A DNA stretch of 64,000 bases. It comes from Amoebidium appalachense (taxonomy: Eukaryota; Protista; Ichthyosporea). Every line of letters begins with the position of its first letter. Position 1 is the stretch's first letter. Positions 53,661 to 64,000 of the stretch are shown piece after piece. The stretch covers positions 3,719,716-3,783,715 of the forward strand of contig CAVNZM010000005.1 in NCBI GenBank assembly GCA_963693365.1. The letters are read 5' to 3'. The notes below the pieces were generated by a model. That model was given only the letters and a program-made list of their open reading frames with translations. It searched no databases and was not told the DNA's origin. The position numbers and the translations under genes are program-made.

Positions 53661-55240
53661 GCCGCTTTGTTTGGCATCAGTTCAAGTTGAATGAGTTGAT
53701 TCATTCCCTTCAGGCTTCAGCCGCTGCGGTGCGCGGCGCCGCCCTGTAGCTGCAGGCTGCCAGAATTCGAAGGCTCAGGCCGAGTCAGGCGCCCTGTTAC
53801 AGAAAAAGTTCGCAGTTTTTCTTCTCCGGTGCACCCGTGTGTGAATCTGTTTTTTTGTTTCTCAGGGGGCTCCTTTCGCGCAACGTGATGGGCCTTTACA
53901 TCGGTACGTGTACCTTCGTGTAAGAAGGGAAGAGTGCTGTATAGGAAGGAGGAGTTGGTAGATGCCGTGGACAAAGTGTGCACATGGGGACGTCATGACT
54001 CTCCCTTTTGGTGAGATGAAACTTCGTTTTACCGGTATTCAATGGCCTTCCGGCAGTCTGTCGAATCTTCGTCTATGTAGTTTTTTTTATTAATTTCCCT
54101 GCCTCTCATGTGTGCACAAACACACGCACACCGTGTGCGGCACACGCGTCCAGGGCGGTACCTTAAGTGACGCCTTTCTACCCCCTCCCACACACACACA
54201 CACCTTTTCACCTGCGTTGGCTGGAACTCTGCATCTTCACACACACGTACGCGACATACTGCTAGACACATCTTGTAAGGCACAAACTACGCCTAGTTAG
54301 CGTGCACGCCCACACCACACCATGTATATGACACCTCGACACACGCGCGCACAACGCTATTCGATTGACTCGCCCGCGCACACCACATTCGCAACATACA
54401 AGCATCACACACTGTAAGGGCACGCGAGCGCGCGCACACGCAAGCACACATGCACGCGCGCGCGCACACGCACACATGCGTGGACGACTTTCAGACCTTA
54501 CAAAGCGATTGGTCACCGCCTCTGTGAATGGTTCAATAAATGTCGGGCATTCGGCATTTACATATGTGTGCATGGAAGTCGTCATCTCCGGTTGTCTAAA
54601 CCTGAGATTTAACATCTTATGAAAGGAGGAATTGGCCCTCCCTGCTCCTCCCCCCACCCCCACCCCCTTTTCTCTCTCTCTCTCTCTCTCCACCCCCCCC
54701 TCTCCGCCCCCCCCCCACACACAAACACACCCTCCCCCTTCTCGCCTCCTTTGGCTCTTCCTTCCTTCTACTATACCCGAAACTGACCCCCCCTCCTCCC
54801 TCCACCCTCCTCCTCCTCTCCTCCCCCCCCGCTCCCCCCCCCCCCCCCTCACACACACACACACACACATACGTACACACGTACACACACGCACCCAAAA
54901 AAAAGAAGAAAATGATAGAGTGGGGGGGAAAACAGGAATTAATAAATCACTTGAAAATCGTGTGTGGGTGGGTGGGTGAGTACGTGGGTGGGTGTCTGTG
55001 GGTGTGTGGGGTATGAATCCCTTATTTATTTAATAGTATATACATTAATGTTAACCAGATGCTCAGACAAAAAAGAATCGTAATAAATCTGATATAAATA
55101 AAATATTCTTTTTTTCATTCCGGCCCCCCCCCCCCCCCCTCCCCCCGGGGCCTCCCCCTCCCGCCCGCCCGCTGCAGCAGACAGCACGATTTTTAAGTGT
55201 AAAAAGAGTTAGGATCTCCGTTCTTTTTTTTTTTGTTTGT

Positions 55241-55282
<42 letters not shown>

Positions 55283-55735
55283 AGGGGGGTAGACCAGCTG
55301 GTCAAGTGTAACAGTCGGCCTAAACGTATCCATGGCACAGGTGGTGTAACATTAAGTTTGTGTTGCTGAAACTGTTTCCCGACATCAACGTGACTCGGTG
55401 CACATATGCGGTAGTGCACCTGTGCACACGTTTAAGGTATATACAGGTGTGACTGTGACCCTGTGTATTTTTTCATCTGCTTGTCGGCACAGAAAATGTG
55501 TGTGTCACTGCACGGTGTATAATGACATCTGTGCCATTGCCAGTCCCGTCCGTCCTTATCCCTCCCTCCCCATCCCCTCCCCCCTTCCCCCCCTCCCCCC
55601 CCCCCTCCCCCCCCCCCCCCCCCCTCCTGCTCCATGGGGCCCTCAGGGTGACACCGGGGGCCTGTGCATGTCCACCACCTCCACCATCATGGGCACACAC
55701 ACACTCACAACACTGTGCGCGCACCCATGCACGCA

Positions 55736-55813
<78 letters not shown>

Positions 55814-58456
55814 GTGTCACACACACACACATCACACACACGAGCACGCACACACACACATGTTGCCATCATCGGATATACAAATGCACACCGACCCTCG
55901 TTCACACACCCGGCATAATGCACACACACACACCCGGCCATCACCGTGGCAAGCCACCATCAAAAATTTAATAACTATTTCTACACACCCTGAATTAAAA
56001 GCCCTACTACCTTTTAGATTGTAAGGGACATCCAGATGGGTGCATACCTTAAGTTATAGGTCATAGCCAAAAGGTGCCTGTATGATAATCATTTATACTC
56101 GTAATGCACCGTGCATATGATCCGTAGTACCTTAACCGTTACACCATTGAATTTTTGTGCTCAAACACCACACCGTTATAAGAACCACCGCTGACACGAA
56201 TACGTGCCACCCATCACATCATAGCCCACACACGTAACCCGGCATCTCCACCACTCCGAATGATTACGTGTGTGGCCGCATACTATTAGCTGTCTTTCAT
56301 TCCCACCACTGTACTCATATATGTAGCACACAAAACCATAACCAATTTGAAGTTTGCATTTCGAGAGCGGTTTTAATAGCAATCGAGTGTGGCATCCAGC
56401 CTGAGGAGCATTAGTCTGTAAATTATTTGCCGTAAAGTAGTCAGTGTGTGTATCTCGGAGTCCCATCCGGCACCGCCACTCCCTGTCATGCATGACATTG
56501 TCTTGTCCGAGCTCCCCCCCCCCCCCCCCCCCCCCCCCCTCCCCCCGGACACTGGACCACCACCACCACCACCACCACCACCACCACCCTCTGACGGTCT
56601 TCCCCACATTGCGTGTACATACCCAACCCCATCTCCGAGCCTCCTACACTCCACCCCACCGGCCCGGAGCTCGAGGGCCCTCCAGCCTAATCAAAAACAT
56701 GGAGCCTGGGCCCAGGCCCGCTCCCTGTGATTAACACTTTCATATGATTCCAGATGAATTAATTACCCAGTTCCTGGAAAAACTTGTTAAGCACTGTGTA
56801 GCGGTAGTGATATACTATATATATGCTATGCCCGTGCACGTGCATGGTTCATTAACTTTGTCAAAACATTAAACTTCGGTTAGTGCTCACTGTTGCAATG
56901 GCTCCCGGGGCCCGCCCCCCCCTCGCTCCACACGGTGCCCAAGTGTTACGGGTACGGCCGCGGCCCCCACAACTAGCATTAATTACCGTAGGTCGACTAC
57001 ATACAGCAAAACACCACTCGAATAGAATATACCTTGCACAAAGGTGTATGTGCCGTTTTTCTTAGTATGTACCTTTGCTCTTGCACAGCCTGTGCTCTTG
57101 TGTAATGTAACTATGATAAATATTGTCAAGTGCATACCCCCCCCCCCCCCCCCCCCTCTTCCCCCACCCCACCCCACCACCACCACCACCACAAAAAAAA
57201 AAAGAAAAAGAAAAAAAGATAGAAAATAATAATAATAAATAAAAAAATTCAAGTTGACATAGATTTAAAAATAAAAACACAAAAAAACAATGACTCTATA
57301 ATATAGAAATAAACTAAAGATTTGGACTTCTATGCAGGTAGCTCCGGACCCTAGGCCAGCATATATGCTTTTTATTTTTTATTTTATCCCGTTTTGTTCC
57401 CGGAGGTACCCCTAGGGGGCCTCAGGTCTTCCACCCAGCACTGACAGTACTCTAGTTAGGGTGCCACTACGATGCTAGTAGCCAAACTAAGCACACCTAT
57501 TACAATCCTAACTATATGTGCACACTTTGCCCAGGGTATCAACCCCAGCCATGCCGGTGGGCCCGCATATATGCTATATGGCATCTAAACTTTGCCTGCC
57601 AGTGGGACCGCCACAACCCCACCACACGTGTGTATAATTATGACTCATAGTATATTCGCCACCGTGCAAAAAGCAGCCAATAGGAGTGCTCGGATTGAAC
57701 CGGAAAATTATAAACATGCAACAGCTGACTACAAACCAAGCCATATGCATGCGCTCATTCAAAACCGTGACCCTACCATGTATGATGCTGAAGCTTCGAC
57801 ATATAGATGTACGAGTGTTTGCACGTGCGACATCAGCAATGCGGGATACTAAAGGGGATGTTTTTTTAAGGATGATCAGGGTCGGGTCTTTTTCAAGATC
57901 TACGCGGTAGCGAGCTGATCAAACAGCATTTTGGCCTGACCGGGAAGGGCCTATAAGTAGGCCTAAAAGAACATGATTCGTTCCAATTAAATGTCACACA
58001 CACGACTGAGATTTCATCTTCATGCAGCATCAAATTTAACACAACACATCATATCAACAATATTATATTTTTTAACTCTCTCTTGTCGGTTTTTTTATCT
58101 GCGCACCGCACAGAATGAAACAAGTATCATGCATATTACTAACAGCCAAACACCACTAAGGATCAGTATGCATATGTATGCTCCTTCTAAGCGACTCCCC
58201 ATATCTCGACCCTACATATAAATTCATCTGACATCGATCACCCAAACCGTAGTCTGATTCATTTCTGGTGTTTTCATGTCCCAAAAATATACATATTAGC
58301 GGGCTATGCCTATTGCCAGTGTTATGCTTTAAACTAACTAATACCACTTTGGAGGCTGGAACTAAGAGAGTCTTCACCTAGCACACCAACCCCTGCCCAA
58401 GCAGCCTACATCATCTGTACAAACTACTTTGTCCCCCCCCCCCCCCCCCCCCCCCG

Positions 58457-58618
<162 letters not shown>

Positions 58619-59120
58619 GTATCCACACTAAACCCCATCCCACCACCAGCACCGTTCCACCTCCTGCCAATTAATGAATTAACAAACACAAGGCAGCCGG
58701 TAAAATAAAAGAAGGAGAGTAGTAGAGATTTAGCATGACACGACCACCACTGTGCCGAAAATATAAGCAGGGAGGTAAAAGCTGTTACACCTTAGTGCCC
58801 GAGTGTATGTGTTTTGTGTGCGCAGTGTCACATGTGTGTTTCGGTGACATGCGTGCCTGTGCATGTGTGTGCATTTAGGCCCTATTCCGCAGTCGATGTA
58901 TGCATGCCTGGACTTCAATTTCTTTATGCACTAAAGTCACGAAGAACGTTGCCTTAAAAAGGGAATTCCCTACCTGTATGTACATCATTTAGAGAATACC
59001 GTAAACCCACGCTGACGCTGCGTCAAAACTACCAAGGGTCCTTTGCCCACGTTAACACCACTACGGCCGCTAAAATCATTCGTAAGTCCCATATATAGCT
59101 ATTAATGCTATTTATGGCTA

Positions 59121-63227
<4,107 letters not shown>

Positions 63228-63253
63228 CTGTGGGTAGGTGCAGCCCGTAAGTA

Positions 63254-63376
<123 letters not shown>

Positions 63377-63676
63377 CATGCATGTGTCGGTATGTCTGTG
63401 TATGTGTGTGTGTTCGACTGTTCGGAAATGCCCGAACAGATTGAGCATTTTTGGCGTGCAGTAGATGCACCTCGTGTTGTATTGGATGCAATATCCGGCA
63501 TGGCCAAACCATTATGCGGAATGCAAGAGCTACCGAAGCAGTAAGAAAAGTGAGAAAACTGCAAACACAGGTGAAAAGAAAGAAACAGAAGGAAGAGTAC
63601 AGAAAGAGCCGACTCGTGTGCATTATTTGCCCAAAAAACGCAGAAAGGTGGCCGGTGTGTGTGTGTGTATGTGTGT

Positions 63677-63721
<45 letters not shown>

Positions 63722-64000
63722 TGTGTGTGTGTGTTTGTGTGTGTTTGTGTGTGTTTGTGTGTGTGTTGGTGAGAAGGGGGGGGGGAGGGGAAAGGCGTAG
63801 GTAAAGGGGGCAAGAATATGCTATATGCACGGATGTGTATGCTGAGACATACATACGCATGACTGTGTGTGTGTGTGTAATCGTCGTCATGTGCGCTCAC
63901 GCTCGTGTGTGGGTGCTTCTAAGTGCAAGTCTTTGCGTCAAAACAATTGTAATATGTTCGTGCAAAAAAATAGGGCCAGTGTATATGCATGTGTGTTTTA

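Noticed and set aside
53691-53830. Selenoprotein or antizyme-type recoding at ATG AGT TGA
   Set aside because: No recognisable downstream domain, SECIS element or antizyme shift-site context.

Overview
Eukaryotic, intron-dense genomic DNA loaded with (CA/GT)n microsatellites and C/G homopolymers, so almost all ORFs in the supplied track are repeat artefacts. The gene set and architecture suggest a non-metazoan opisthokont, possibly a unicellular holozoan (inference only). Manual splicing recovers: the 3' part of an LST2/ZFYVE28-like FYVE gene (+, to 7004); a C2H2 zinc-finger gene with an apparent frameshift (+, 10219-13004); a small Cys-rich, probably secreted peptide gene absent from the ORF track and interrupted by a ~0.9 kb insertion with a 19-bp direct repeat (+, 13876-15447); a Thr/Pro/Tyr-rich mucin/extensin-like surface protein (-, 17011-~19253); a 26-exon USP8/Doa4-like deubiquitinase (-, 19562-40484) head-to-head with an SLC35D-like nucleotide-sugar transporter that has two duplicated alternative last exons (+, 41384-49986); an intronless secreted helical protein (-, 52088-52765); and the 3' end of an unknown gene (-, 59121->63227). 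The most notable patterns are a strand-specific intron code (poly-C just after donors, (CA)n abutting acceptors), repeated tandem duplication of splice-site segments, and the possibly spliceable insertion in the peptide gene. All exon structures are read by eye and need RNA-seq confirmation.
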